Of a stretch of DNA of 64,000 nucleotides, positions 30,531-39,264 are shown in pieces. The notes below the pieces were generated by a model. That model was given only the letters and a program-made list of their open reading frames with translations. It was not told the origin of the DNA and made no database searches. The stretch is from assembly GCA_048937405.1 (NCBI GenBank), contig JBHLNF010000006.1, positions 32,001-96,000 on the forward strand, read 5' to 3'. The stretch's first letter is position 1. Each line of letters opens with the position of its first letter. Both the position numbers and the translations under genes were made by a program. The stretch is from Promethearchaeota archaeon. GTDB lineage: Archaea; Asgardarchaeota; Lokiarchaeia; Sigyniarchaeales; SOKP01.

Positions 30531-31751
30531 CTACTGATATTTTTCTAGAATTTCATCTAAATTTTCATTAGATAATACGATATCATTGAATATTTTTATT
30601 AAATTTTTAATAATTTCTCTTGGATTACCATTTGCTTTATTAAAAATAGAATTTAATATGTCTTCAGACAAAGGAAAGTAAGATTGGGAAAAATCTCTAA
30701 AGTACTCAAAATAGTTCAATTTTCCAAAAAAATATTCTAAATATTTTTTATAAAAAGTGAATATATCATTTTCAACAAAATTGGGTAAAATAATAGGTTC
30801 ATTAATCAGTTTTAAAAGATTCTTATCAATATCTTCAAATTTCCTTAAGATATCTTTGTAGAACTCGATTGATTTTAAAGTAATTATGATTTTTAAACCA
30901 TTTATCTTGTTTAGTCGCACAATTTTATTTAAAATTTTATTGGCAACATCTATTTCAGGTGATTCTTTACTCTCATAAAGCCAGCTCCTATCAAAAACCT
31001 CTTCTTTTTGTTCCTCTATTGGTACAGGTCTCATCATGGAAATTATTTTCTCAAAATCATCAATAAATAAGACGCTATTTACCATGGCATTTTCAATTAG
31101 TACTTTTAACATTGTATATGCATTATTTCTATCTCTTAAATCATGTTTTAAATTTAGTCTTGAAAGTTCCCTAATATCGATTACTTCTCCTAAAAACCAT
31201 CTTTCAATTTCTATTTTTTTATATGGATCTAATTGATGAGCAGTTATCGCATTTATAATATCCAAGATTGATTGTTTATCTTCAAATTCAGTAGCCCATT
31301 CTTCACAGGCAACTTTTTTAACTTTTTCAATTTCTGCTAAATGAAAAAAACCGAATTTTCTCTCCAATGCTCCCCATTTGTTACACAATCTATGAGAAAT
31401 ATTTCTCAATACTTCTATACCCATATTTTCTATGAATTCAGAGTATGTATTGTAATAAAATTTCTTAGTCACATTTTCTAAGGAGATATAAACAATGTTA
31501 TAATAATATAATTCATGCTTTAAAGCCCAGTATAAATGGGTTTTTCCAGTCCCAACGTCACCAATAATGGGTATAATAATATTATCATTTTTTTCAAGGA
31601 TATTAATAATAGAATACAAAAAGTCATATCTAGATTTGACTAATCCAATATCTTCTTCGATCTCTCCTGTCGAAACAAATTTTTTAAACGGAGAACCTGT
31701 AAATTTTAGAAGGTTTAGTAATTTCTGTTCCTTATTCTCAAAAAGAAGCAT
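30531..31751 (-). CDS. P-loop (AAA+-like) ATPase, BrxD/DUF2791-like
   Basis: Walker A GDVGTGKT, Walker B LFIDDFE, late GNPREII motif. Confidence 0.75.
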   Translation of the reverse strand: MLLFENKEQKLLNLLKFTGSPFKKFVSTGEIEEDIGLVKSRYDFLYSIINILEKNDNIIIPIIGDVGTGKTHLYWALKHELYYYNIVYISLENVTKKFYYNTYSEFIENMGIEVLRNISHRLCNKWGALERKFGFFHLAEIEKVKKVACEEWATEFEDKQSILDIINAITAHQLDPYKKIEIERWFLGEVIDIRELSRLNLKHDLRDRNNAYTMLKVLIENAMVNSVLFIDDFEKIISMMRPVPIEEQKEEVFDRSWLYESKESPEIDVANKILNKIVRLNKINGLKIIITLKSIEFYKDILRKFEDIDKNLLKLINEPIILPNFVENDIFTFYKKYLEYFFGKLNYFEYFRDFSQSYFPLSEDILNSIFNKANGNPREIIKNLIKIFNDIVLSNENLDEILEKYQ

Positions 31752-31768
31752 TTTCGATCAAAATGATT

Positions 31769-32392
31769 TTAGATTTTTAATTCCTCAATTCCCAATATTA
31801 TTATATATTCAAGCATTTCATCATCGACATTAGTAATTGGTTCATAGCTAATATTTATATCCTCATTTTTATCTCTTCCTACAATCAAGCAATCATAGAA
31901 AACGGGATCACCATTATCATCTATTACCACTCTATCAGCGATAATAATACCATTACTAATCATTGCAATTGGATTTTTTAATATTTCCCCTTTGAAAAAA
32001 TCAAGATGATTTAATTTACAATTATGATTATTTAAAAGTAAACCTGCTGTGTGAAGTAAATTTATAGTATATGGAAGCTCATTCGAAAATTGTCCTTGAT
32101 CATACTGCTCCATAGTATCATCAGGTATGATGACACAATACTCTAGTGGAGTATCATTAATACTACATTTTAAATCAATCTTTCTAGAAAATGGATTTAT
32201 TTCCATTCCTGTTTTTTCAAAACCAGTAATTAAACCCCCTGATATAGTAATTCCTTCAGATTCTGAGATTTTTATATTATCTGAAAAGATAATTTTATCT
32301 TGATACTTTGATATAATAGATCCTGTGAATTCTCCTTCAATCTTTATAGATTTTAATGAGTCAAATAATACAAAATCAGCTGAATTATTCAT
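31769..32392 (-). CDS. Hypothetical protein, likely co-transcribed with the ATPase
   Basis: 207-aa ATG ORF 17 bp upstream of the ATPase on the same strand. Confidence 0.65.
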   Translation of the reverse strand: MNNSADFVLFDSLKSIKIEGEFTGSIISKYQDKIIFSDNIKISESEGITISGGLITGFEKTGMEINPFSRKIDLKCSINDTPLEYCVIIPDDTMEQYDQGQFSNELPYTINLLHTAGLLLNNHNCKLNHLDFFKGEILKNPIAMISNGIIIADRVVIDDNGDPVFYDCLIVGRDKNEDINISYEPITNVDDEMLEYIIILGIEELKI

Positions 32393-32527
32393 AGGAACTA
32401 TTTTAACACCTATATTTTTTACTCTTTGTATTCGAATATTTCAATGTAATATCATTAATATTATATATATATTCTTTTCATATATTTTTAGATAAAGTAT
32501 AATATATATAATATTGTCCCTTATAAA

Positions 32528-33772
32528 ATGGGTTCTTCCATCCTTTCTCAAAATATTACAGATCTTTCCAAACTAGAATTATTAGATAGAGCAAGTCAGT
32601 TTATTTTTTCAACTGGTTTAAATGACGCAACTTCAAGATTGTGCAAGGCGAATATGAAATATGGTTTAGGCTCCTTTCAAATAATTCAAGAAAAATATGG
32701 ATTTGAACCAAAAGCAGCATTCATATCTTCTCCTGATGAAACTATCTCAAGAAATAAATTCAGATGGAATTCTGGGTTAGGATATGGAGGGAGACTGAAC
32801 TGGGGAGATGGAAATAATAAATTAATTTTTCTCAATACAAAACCTAATTGCTGTGGTATTTTAGTTGGAGGTCTAGAAGAAATACCTGATCCTTATACAT
32901 TAATTAAGAAAATTGACATTATTAAATCAAAGGGACTTTATCATGATGGAATTCTAATAAATTGGGATTATGGTATATCAAATCATTTTATTAATTGTTT
33001 TGAAACGAAAAATTTATCTGATATTAACCTTCCACCTTATATGTTCTTAATTCATGGAAGTGCACCAGAATTTCGCGACGACAAATACGGAATCGGATTA
33101 TATATTGACAAATCGAAATCATTAAAGGAAATTGCAATTGAGGAAAATACTAAACTGGGAAAACAATATATTTTATTAGATTCAAATGCAAAGGAATATC
33201 TTGATTTTAACAAAAAAGCAATTGAATTTTCAAATAAAAAAAGAGAGATCATTGCTGATAATCTATTTGACTATGGATATAAAACAATATGTAATCAATC
33301 TCATCAATTTTTAAAAGATTATAATAATATGTATTTGGGGAGCAATTGTACAGATACTAACTGTAATTTAATTAAATCAAATATTTTTCCAACAACTCTT
33401 AGAGCAGATATTTCTGCTTATTTATTCCAAGGAAAAAAAAATTTTACTAAAACAACATTAAAAAATGAAAACCTTTTAGAACGTGCCGAGGAATTAGAAC
33501 TTACAGAATTATTGACAAGTGCATGTATTCTTCCTCATGGAGGGGGATATTCCTTTAATGACATTATAGATGTTTTAGATATTTTAGAGTACAAGGATCA
33601 GAGATATTTTGTTACCTCTCTAAAAACGAATATAAGTCGATTAAAAATAATAAGAAATGTAAGTGAGTTACAATTTGAATATAGGGGTCGGGATGTTATT
33701 CTTAAAACAATTCAATTAGATCTTGGAGAAATCATTGCTCGATTGAATCCATTATTTTCATTAAAACTATAA
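32528..33772 (+). CDS. Divergent RtcB-like protein (putative RNA ligase)
   Basis: Ordered motifs SPD, PNCCG, SNHF, IHGS, SHQ and PHGGG parallel RtcB metal-binding and guanylylation motifs. Confidence 0.6.
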   Translation: MGSSILSQNITDLSKLELLDRASQFIFSTGLNDATSRLCKANMKYGLGSFQIIQEKYGFEPKAAFISSPDETISRNKFRWNSGLGYGGRLNWGDGNNKLIFLNTKPNCCGILVGGLEEIPDPYTLIKKIDIIKSKGLYHDGILINWDYGISNHFINCFETKNLSDINLPPYMFLIHGSAPEFRDDKYGIGLYIDKSKSLKEIAIEENTKLGKQYILLDSNAKEYLDFNKKAIEFSNKKREIIADNLFDYGYKTICNQSHQFLKDYNNMYLGSNCTDTNCNLIKSNIFPTTLRADISAYLFQGKKNFTKTTLKNENLLERAEELELTELLTSACILPHGGGYSFNDIIDVLDILEYKDQRYFVTSLKTNISRLKIIRNVSELQFEYRGRDVILKTIQLDLGEIIARLNPLFSLKL

Positions 33773-33773
33773 T

Positions 33774-35828
33774 TTACTCAATTTTAGCTCCAGGTGGTAA
33801 ATCTTTATCAGGTTTTAAAATTGATACATTTTCACCATCTACTGCAGCAAGAAGCATTCCTTCACTTAAAATACCTCTTAATTTTCTTGGTTCTAAATTA
33901 GTTAAAACAATTATTTTTTTTCCTTTTAAATCATCCGGTTTATAATATTCTGCTAATCCAGCAACCAGAGTTCTTTTTTCACTTCCCAAATCAATAGATA
34001 ATTTATAAAGTTTATCGGCTTTGGGAACTTTTTCAATATTTTCAACTTGTGCGACTCGAATATCTAATTTTTTAAAATCTTCATATGATACCAATTCCTT
34101 CTCACCTTTTTTATTTTTTTTCATATTTTCTAACTTTAAAATTAGTTCATTAATATCTAATTTTTGAAATAGTGGTTTTGGGACTTTGATTTTATGACCT
34201 TCTTTCAGAATATTATCTTTGATGCTATTCCATCTTAATTCTTCTATAGTTTTATTAATATTAAGAAAATCTAATATTTTAGATGATGTTTCAGGAATGA
34301 ATGGTCCTAAGAGAATTGCCAAGGCATAAACTGCTTGAGCACATAGATTAAATACTTGCCCCGCTGCATTTTTATTTTGTTTTATTAGATGCCAGGGCGC
34401 TTTTTCATTTAGGAAAATATTACCTTCTCTCCCAAAATTCACAATTTCCCTCAATGCCTTTCTTAACTCGAAATTCTCTAGTAAATTTCCGATTTTTTCC
34501 GAGATTTCTTCAATCTTTTGAATAAAATCCTTATCAGTATTATCTAATTTTATTCTTTTTGGAATTGTACCATTAAATTGCTTATTTATAAATGTTAAAG
34601 ATCTGTGAATAAAATTACCTATTACATCATTTAGCAATTTTATATTATTTTCAAATTCAGACCATAAAAATGATGTATCACTTTTTTCAGGTCTATTATA
34701 GATTAAATTAAATCTCCAATAATCTAAAGGAGCTAATTGGAGAGCATCATCAATCCAAATACCTATCCCCCTTGATTTCGAAAACTTAGTATTTTCGTAC
34801 ATTAACCATTCTGTTGATGATACATTATAAGGAAATACAAGTTTTTTATCTTCTTTTTTATCATCATTATAGGCTAATATCAATGCAGGAAAAACAATCA
34901 AATGGAAAATGATATTATCTTTACCAATAAAATATACTGTCTTAGTATTAGAATCATTCCAAAAATATTCAAATTTAGACGGTTCATTAATTAATTTCTC
35001 TGCCCATTCCTTAACGGCTGTGATATATCCCAATACGGCTTCAAACCACACATATATAGTCTTATCTTTGGCATTTTCAAATGGAGCAGGAATTCCCCAC
35101 TCCAAATCCCGTGTTATTGCTCGTTCAGGTAAACCTTCATCTATACTATTTAAACACATTTGTCGCGCATTAGGAGGAATAATTTCATTTTTTTCAATTA
35201 GTTCTTTCAATCGATCTTGTAATTTTGGTAGATCTAAATACCAGTGCTTTGTTTTTTTGACTTTTGGAGTATTTCCGCATATAGCACATCTAGGTTTGAT
35301 AAGTTCTAAAGGTGTTAGTAATTTTTGACAAGAATCACATTGATCTCCTCTAGCATCTTCAAATTTACAATGAGGACATATCCCTTCTACAAAACGATCA
35401 GGTAAAAATAAGTTATCAGTTTCGCAATGTAAGGATTCAATTTCTTTTTCAATGATATAACCATTTTTTTGTATATCCAAATACATTTTCTGTACAAAGT
35501 CAATGTGTGTTGGATTATGTGTTATTGTATAATTATCAAAAGAGATTTGCCACTTCTCATGTAAATCTTTAATAATATTATGATATTTAAATGCCAAATC
35601 TTCGGCCGAAACTTTTAGCTTTTTTGCCTCTATAGAAATAGGTGTTCCATGAGAATCCGATCCAGAAACAAACACCACTTCCTCCCCTTTCATCCTTAAA
35701 AATCGAGCAAATACATCCGCTGAAAGAGTACTCCCAATTAAATTGCCTAAATGTGGTACTGCATTTACATAAGGCCAAGCTGATGTAATAATCCATTTTG
35801 AATGATTTTTATTTCCTAATTTAATCAA
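33774..35828 (-). CDS. metG: Methionine--tRNA ligase with C-terminal tRNA-binding OB domain
   Basis: AWPYVNAVPHLGN, zinc knuckles, YVWFEA, GKDNI.FH, KFSKSRG, C-terminal Trbp111-like domain. Confidence 0.97.
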   Translation of the reverse strand: MIKLGNKNHSKWIITSAWPYVNAVPHLGNLIGSTLSADVFARFLRMKGEEVVFVSGSDSHGTPISIEAKKLKVSAEDLAFKYHNIIKDLHEKWQISFDNYTITHNPTHIDFVQKMYLDIQKNGYIIEKEIESLHCETDNLFLPDRFVEGICPHCKFEDARGDQCDSCQKLLTPLELIKPRCAICGNTPKVKKTKHWYLDLPKLQDRLKELIEKNEIIPPNARQMCLNSIDEGLPERAITRDLEWGIPAPFENAKDKTIYVWFEAVLGYITAVKEWAEKLINEPSKFEYFWNDSNTKTVYFIGKDNIIFHLIVFPALILAYNDDKKEDKKLVFPYNVSSTEWLMYENTKFSKSRGIGIWIDDALQLAPLDYWRFNLIYNRPEKSDTSFLWSEFENNIKLLNDVIGNFIHRSLTFINKQFNGTIPKRIKLDNTDKDFIQKIEEISEKIGNLLENFELRKALREIVNFGREGNIFLNEKAPWHLIKQNKNAAGQVFNLCAQAVYALAILLGPFIPETSSKILDFLNINKTIEELRWNSIKDNILKEGHKIKVPKPLFQKLDINELILKLENMKKNKKGEKELVSYEDFKKLDIRVAQVENIEKVPKADKLYKLSIDLGSEKRTLVAGLAEYYKPDDLKGKKIIVLTNLEPRKLRGILSEGMLLAAVDGENVSILKPDKDLPPGAKIE

Positions 35829-35892
35829 CCTCTCTATTTCAATCTATAAAAAAAAAAAGTATAATACTTTAAATAATTTAAACAAATTAAGA

Positions 35893-36466
35893 GTGAACTA
35901 CATACAGCTTAAAAGCTGTGGCTCCCTACGAGTACGCAACCGCTTCTAGTACGGGTTGGTCTGTTTGTCGTAGAAAACCATTCCATCGTGTTAGGAATGA
36001 TTCCTCGTTCACAGAGGGTTATTGCGATAGGAACTCATAGTTATGCTTTAAGACTAAAAAATGAATCATGAAATTAAGTACAAAGTTGAGATGTTGGTCA
36101 GCATGAGGTCCACAGTCGCATGTAATACTTCTTTTGAAGAATAACCTTTTTTTCAGTTTTCTGTCTTAACAACAGGCTTTTATTGTCTTGGATTCATCAA
36201 TTCTTATTACTCTTTTACCTATTTTTTCTACTTTATAGGTTAAGAATTCGACAAATTTAAACATATAAACTGTTTTTCGAATCGAAAAAGTGAGGATTAT
36301 GTGAGTTTTATTCTTTATGGCATCACCTATTCCTTTTTCTTTAAGTTAATTTCATTTTAATATATTAGAGAACAATTAGTTTAAAACAGAGAGTGTTTAA
36401 TCGTTTAATGATTTTTATTCTTATCCTAAATTCCTCTCATCCTTAAAGGGAGCGATTTTCTTAAGC
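35893..36466 (-). mobile_element. Degenerate non-autonomous IS200/IS605-family (TnpB) element
   Basis: Minus-strand right end ...ggagccacagcttttaagctgtatgtagttcac with a perfect 7-bp hairpin (35904-35919); possible left-end hairpin at 36431-36466; TnpB remnant between them. Confidence 0.8.
35926..36264 (-). pseudogene. tnpB: TnpB C-terminal fragment (zinc finger/RuvC-III region) with in-frame stops
   Basis: Manual translation MFKFVEFLTYKVEKIGKRVIRIDESKTIKACC*DRKLKKRLFFKRSITCDCGPHADQHLNFVLNFM...SQ*PSVNEESFLTRWNGFLRQT. Confidence 0.85.
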
Positions 36467-36488
36467 TATCATGATAAATATTTAGTTG

Positions 36489-37667
36489 TTATGAGGTAAT
36501 TTTTGCTCCACAATACCTGCATGCTTTAATTTCTTTTTTCATTTTTTCGAGGCAAGGTTCGTGGTAATATGCATTACAATTATCACATTGGAATACTTTA
36601 AAATCACCTAAAAAAATACTATGACAATATGAACATGATGAATTAATTCTTTCAATTTCTTCATTAGATATTAGTATCATTTTTGTATCAAGTCTTTCAT
36701 TTATATCAGTAATTATTATTTCTTTGGGTTCTATTGCTTCATCTTTTACCAATTTCAATGCTGCTTTTGGTAATTCTAATAAGAAAAAACAAAAAGGACA
36801 TCTAAATACATTCTCATTATATTCTGTTTTTTTTGCCCACATAGCAGCACAAGAAAGATGCATTGCTCGATCACAATTAGGACAGAAACGTCCCTCACTA
36901 AAAAAATCTGCACCTGTAACTGCTGCCTTAATGGAATGGCAAATCTGACACTTTTCTTGACCTCTATTAGTTCCCTTCATCATTAATCTAATATCTAATA
37001 GAGTTGGTCTTCTTAGTGGTAATGCAATTTCACTAATAAGTGGTGCCTTTTTTTCTTTTTTAATTGGAGAAAAGTAATCGTTAAAATCCTTAATCTCTTT
37101 CTTTGAGGCAAAAACTTCACCAGCATTGATTAATTCTTTTGAATTATCAAAATATCTATATTCTCCTTCGGTATGCTGTGTTATTCTTTTTAAAGAATTA
37201 TCTCCATAATCTTGAGTTCCACCTATCTGACAAGCATCGATAAATACACCTAACCCTTTAGCTATTTTAACAATTGTACTAATTCTACTAGTATCAACCC
37301 TCAATTTATTATCTGTAATGATAAAAATGCGTGAAGTTTTTCCACCAATTTTTCGCATCTCTTCAACAAGTATTTGTAAGGCAAAAGCAATTCCTTCATG
37401 TAATTTCCCTCGACCTGAGATTTGAATATTATTAAGAGCCCTAATTAATTCGCCTTCTTCATATGTAAAATCAACTAATTTCTTGGTTATTTCTCCAAAT
37501 GTTATTATGGAGATTCTATCTTTCATATCTATTGCTAATTTAGATTTAATAAAATTTTTAACTGTTCTCAATTCAATCATTAATCTACTTGGTTTAAAAT
37601 CTTTTCTCAACATAGATCTAGAAGTATCTAAAAGAACAATTGTATCTTCTATTTTTACATTAGGCAA
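36489..37667 (-). CDS. vWA domain protein (Ssl1/p44- or Rpn10-like) with two C4HC3 (RING-variant/PHD-type) zinc fingers
   Basis: LLDTSRSM..KDFKPSRL MIDAS start; CQIC..CPNC....H..C..CPFC and CSYC..CDNC....H..C..CRYC. Confidence 0.8.
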   Translation of the reverse strand: MPNVKIEDTIVLLDTSRSMLRKDFKPSRLMIELRTVKNFIKSKLAIDMKDRISIITFGEITKKLVDFTYEEGELIRALNNIQISGRGKLHEGIAFALQILVEEMRKIGGKTSRIFIITDNKLRVDTSRISTIVKIAKGLGVFIDACQIGGTQDYGDNSLKRITQHTEGEYRYFDNSKELINAGEVFASKKEIKDFNDYFSPIKKEKKAPLISEIALPLRRPTLLDIRLMMKGTNRGQEKCQICHSIKAAVTGADFFSEGRFCPNCDRAMHLSCAAMWAKKTEYNENVFRCPFCFFLLELPKAALKLVKDEAIEPKEIIITDINERLDTKMILISNEEIERINSSCSYCHSIFLGDFKVFQCDNCNAYYHEPCLEKMKKEIKACRYCGAKITS

Positions 37668-37754
37668 GAGTTTTCTTGATTTTTCTTGTTTATTGAGATT
37701 TAATAAATTAATAAGATTAAAATCTTATAAATTTCTATATCAACTTAAAATTAT

Positions 37755-39116
37755 TTAACTCTTTAATAATTGATACGCAAATAGTGTATATACTTTAATT
37801 GCATTAATAAAATCTGATATATCAACGTTTTCATTAGTTGTATGGGCAAGCTGCGCATTTCCAGGTCCAAATATTATTGTATTCTGGGTATAATTTCTGT
37901 TTCGATAAAATTTTGCATCTGCACTTCCAGGATACAAAAAATAAAAAGGTTTTTTATTATAAACAATTTCCACAATCGAATAAAAGTCCTTTAAATCTTG
38001 CGAATTTCGCCAATCACTAAAGTAAGATGCTTCACCAGCAGCTTCTAATTCCAGATATACAAATATTTCTTTAGGTAATCCTATCGGTTCATCTTTTATT
38101 TGAAAACCTAGTTCACTAATCAATTTTTTCATACTATCTAAAACCATTTTAGCAGTTTGTCCTGGCAATATTCGAATGTCGATTACAGCCTCACATTGAT
38201 CTGGAACTACATTTGATTTTATTCCTCCCTTAATCATTGTCAAATTTTTCGTAATTTCAGTGTTAGAATCAATAATACTTTGGAGTTGTGGTTGCTCATT
38301 CAAAATTTTCTCAAAAGTATCTCTACTTGGAAAAATAACACTAATCAAATCTTTTAATTCTTCTTTCGATAATGGAGGTTCAATTTTTGGGAATATACTC
38401 TCTAATTTATCCAAATTTTGAATTATTTCACTCATCATATAAATAGCATTTCTTCCCATAATTGGAACAGATGCATGACCTGAAATTCCATTTGTTACAA
38501 TTTTTACAGCAACACGTCCTTTTTCTCCAATAACTACAGCCTTTGATAAGGGATCTATTCCTGTAGGTTCACCAATTACAACAAAATCTAGTTTTTTTGA
38601 TTTTAATACATTTTCCAAACACCATAGTGTCCCTACATCACCAACAACTTCTTCATCAGCAACAGCATTTAGAATTAGATTTCCAGAACTTATAATATCT
38701 AATTTTTTCAGGATTTTAAACGCTATTACCATTGCTGCCAATCCTGATTTCATATCTACTGTTCCTCTCCCAAAGATCTTCCTTTTTGCCTTACTACCTT
38801 TAATAATAGCAGATAAAGGTGGATATTTCCATTCTTCTTCAATTCCTGGTGGTACTACATCCATATGTCCATTATATAAAAGATTTTTATCTTCAAAGTT
38901 ATCATTCAAATAAGCTACTAAATTAGCTCGATTTTCTCCAAAAGGAAATATTTCACATTTTATTCCAGCTTTTTTTAGATAGTTTTCAATCTTTAGTGCT
39001 ACATTTTTTTCATTACCAGGAGGATTGTATGAATTAGATTGGATTAATTCTCTCAAAAATTCAATATATTTTTCGGTATTATTATCAATTTCATTAAGAA
39101 TTAGATCTTCGCTCAT
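37755..39116 (-). CDS. M20 family metallopeptidase/deacylase (ArgE/DapE-like)
   Basis: NGHMDVVP, GRGTVDMKSG, ADEE, GEPT, GHAS, AHTTNE. Confidence 0.92.
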   Translation of the reverse strand: MSEDLILNEIDNNTEKYIEFLRELIQSNSYNPPGNEKNVALKIENYLKKAGIKCEIFPFGENRANLVAYLNDNFEDKNLLYNGHMDVVPPGIEEEWKYPPLSAIIKGSKAKRKIFGRGTVDMKSGLAAMVIAFKILKKLDIISSGNLILNAVADEEVVGDVGTLWCLENVLKSKKLDFVVIGEPTGIDPLSKAVVIGEKGRVAVKIVTNGISGHASVPIMGRNAIYMMSEIIQNLDKLESIFPKIEPPLSKEELKDLISVIFPSRDTFEKILNEQPQLQSIIDSNTEITKNLTMIKGGIKSNVVPDQCEAVIDIRILPGQTAKMVLDSMKKLISELGFQIKDEPIGLPKEIFVYLELEAAGEASYFSDWRNSQDLKDFYSIVEIVYNKKPFYFLYPGSADAKFYRNRNYTQNTIIFGPGNAQLAHTTNENVDISDFINAIKVYTLFAYQLLKS

Positions 39117-39264
39117 AAAATTATCTATTATTTTTATTTATGTTATTTGTATTTAAGAAAAATTTAAAACTATATATTATTTAGTTATAACCTACAGCAC
39201 ACTAATAAACTTTAATACTTTTAAATTATTTTATAATTAAAAATTAGAGATCACGGTTATCTTA

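Noticed and set aside
30531-31751. BREX or other defence system
   Set aside because: Only a BrxD-like ATPase; no pglX, pglZ, brxC, brxHI or nuclease in the vicinity
34909-35796. Track ORFs 34909..35328 (+) and 35587..35796 (-)
   Set aside because: Entirely within metG (antisense or alternate frame), no motifs
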